64,000 nucleotides of DNA. Source: Ginglymostoma cirratum. Its lineage: Eukaryota. The stretch spans positions 56,891,245 through 56,955,244 of the forward strand of contig JAHRHZ010000267.1 of NCBI GenBank assembly GCA_024137785.1, written 5' to 3'. Position numbers and translations under genes: made by a program. Positions 62,156 to 64,000 of the stretch are shown in pieces. A model generated the notes under the pieces. It ran no database searches. It saw nothing but the letters and a program-made list of their open reading frames with translations, and was not told the DNA's origin. Within the stretch, counting starts at the first letter, position 1; each line of letters opens with the position of its first letter.

Positions 62156-62166
62156 CTATTTGAACT

Positions 62167-62512
62167 GGGCAGCCTGGTGACAGTGGTTGGCACTGTGGCC
62201 TTTCAGAACCAGGGACCTGGGTATGATTCCAGCCTTACATGACTGTCTATGGAGCTTATGCGTTCTGCTTGTGTCTGCATGGGTTTCTGCCAGATACTCC
62301 GGTTTCCTCCCATGGTCCAAAGATATGCAAGTTAGGTGGATTGGTCAAGCTAAGTTGCCCTGTAGTGTCTAGGGATGTCCAAAGTAGGTGGATTGGCCAA
62401 TGGGAAATGCAGAGATAGGATGGGGCATTGGTCTGGGTAGGATGTTCTTCAGAGGATTGGTGCAGACTTGATGGGCCAAATGACCTCTTTCAGCACTGTA
62501 GGGATTCTATGA
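62167..62512 (+). mobile_element. HE1-type V-SINE, full length
   Basis: gggcagcctggtgacagtggttggcactg...tccggtttcctccc...gttaggtggattgg...cagcactgtagggattctatga. Confidence 0.85.
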
Positions 62513-64000
62513 GAGAGCCCTTTTCCAGTGACACTTTTAGATACTTTTTTTCCTCTTGTCATGTTCATCATGTGGCTATGTGTCAGAACCAATGTAAATC
62601 AATAATTTAGAATGTGCTCCGTTTTTGCCTTTCTGAATGTGACAGCTCGTGATTCGGTGGGAGTCAGTGTCACTTCAGTCGTTTACCGAAGCAGCCTCGT
62701 TGTTTTTAACTTTGACAGTAGGCTATTGAAACATGAGCTTGGTCACGTGGGACAACCAATGTTTTTGAAGTACACTACGAAAGGCCTGTGTTGTGTTTTT
62801 TTTCGTTCATCAGCGCAACTTTACCAGTCCCGTTTTCCCCCTCTCTAGGACTTAACTTACAAATCACCAACCTGTTTTTTAAAATTGCCAATGTCTTACA
62901 CACCACAGCGTTAAAGCAAAAAGCTTACAGCTGCTTCCTCTCACGGGTGCGTTCACAGTTTGTACTTGCACTGCTCCAGATCAGAGTCGAAATTCAGGTG
63001 CCACTGAGTGGAGTGAAGCATGGGGTGTTGCCTGGATGAAGTATCAGACTGTAAGTCTGTGAGTCGTGCTTCTCCGTTTCCCACCCAACAGGTCTCCTGG
63101 AAAGGATCAGTTCAGGCTCTTGTTTTAAAATGGTGCAATGGAGCTAAGGGTCTGCTGACTGGCAGAGTAACAGTTTTCCACAGTAGACCAGAAACTTTCT
63201 TCAGTTTGTTGAGCAGCCATTATTGTGGAGGACTAGGGAGAGGACTCAGCCCCTCAAACCTGTTGGTGACTAAAATTACAGCAATGGGGAGAAAGTGTGA
63301 CTGAAGTCATTTGCACTGTTCGCCAGCTCATCTCAACTGACTGTGTCTTCAGTTACCATCCACTTGTGCTTCCTGGAGGGCTTGCTACGGACTGAGCAGG
63401 AATCTTTTGTAGCCCTTCCATTCATCCCCCCTGTTCCCCAATTTAGCCCAGAGAGACTGGGGCTAATTAAAGCATCCTGCTGCGTTTATCAGCACTGTTT
63501 GAATCTCAGTGGATGTGGAACAGAACAGAGCAGTTTGCTGCCTGCAGAACGAGACTTTACAGTAACCAGCTGCTCTTGTCATCATAGCTGGAGATTGGTT
63601 AACTTACACTGAACAGAGATCAAACCTGCAATCATCCTGCTTCATTACCCAGCGCCTCGCAACAGGGTGCATCCCCTTATCATAAAAACTGCAAAAATAA
63701 ACCATCATCATGAAATCAGTTAAGCAACTGTTTGACAGACAAGTCCAAAATACGTTGTTTTGAAATGAATAGACCTAGGGCACTACAGTTTAGGGCAACC
63801 TCATTTTTTTCTTTAGAAACAACAGTCCAAGTGGAAGTTTCAAACCTGCTTCTAGATTTACGCTGGGACACTGGCCACATTGTTATAGGAAGAATGCTTT
63901 GACAGCATCACTCCAGCATTAAAAGGTGAATAGTTTTCAGTTCAGCACCTAAACTCATGAAGCGTGGGCCAATCTGGCTTCCTAGTAGCTTCTGTCTTCC

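Overview
This is vertebrate genomic DNA, almost certainly a cartilaginous fish (shark), judged from HE1/V-type and Deu-type SINEs, CR1/L2 LINEs and shark-type Penelope elements. The window is nearly all intron of one + strand gene. It holds a single large internal coding exon (37737-39119, 1383 nt, phase 0/0) of the Mastermind-like family, best matching MAMLD1 (MAML2 is the alternative). No other exon could be found by eye. The rest is a dense layer of retroelement fragments, one 400-N gap inside a young Penelope element, a 32-bp minisatellite and a (GT)n microsatellite. Three signals stand out. (i) Minimal hammerhead-ribozyme cores occur in Penelope pseudo-LTRs: two intact, several decayed. 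(ii) At least four short fold-back (hairpin) elements are built from these hammerhead-bearing termini, one with a target-site duplication and one about 90 nt from the exon's splice donor. (iii) The MAMLD1 exon looks like an ancestral, MAML2-like exon 2. Repeat boundaries are read by eye and are approximate. Family names come from recalled consensus motifs, not from a database search.
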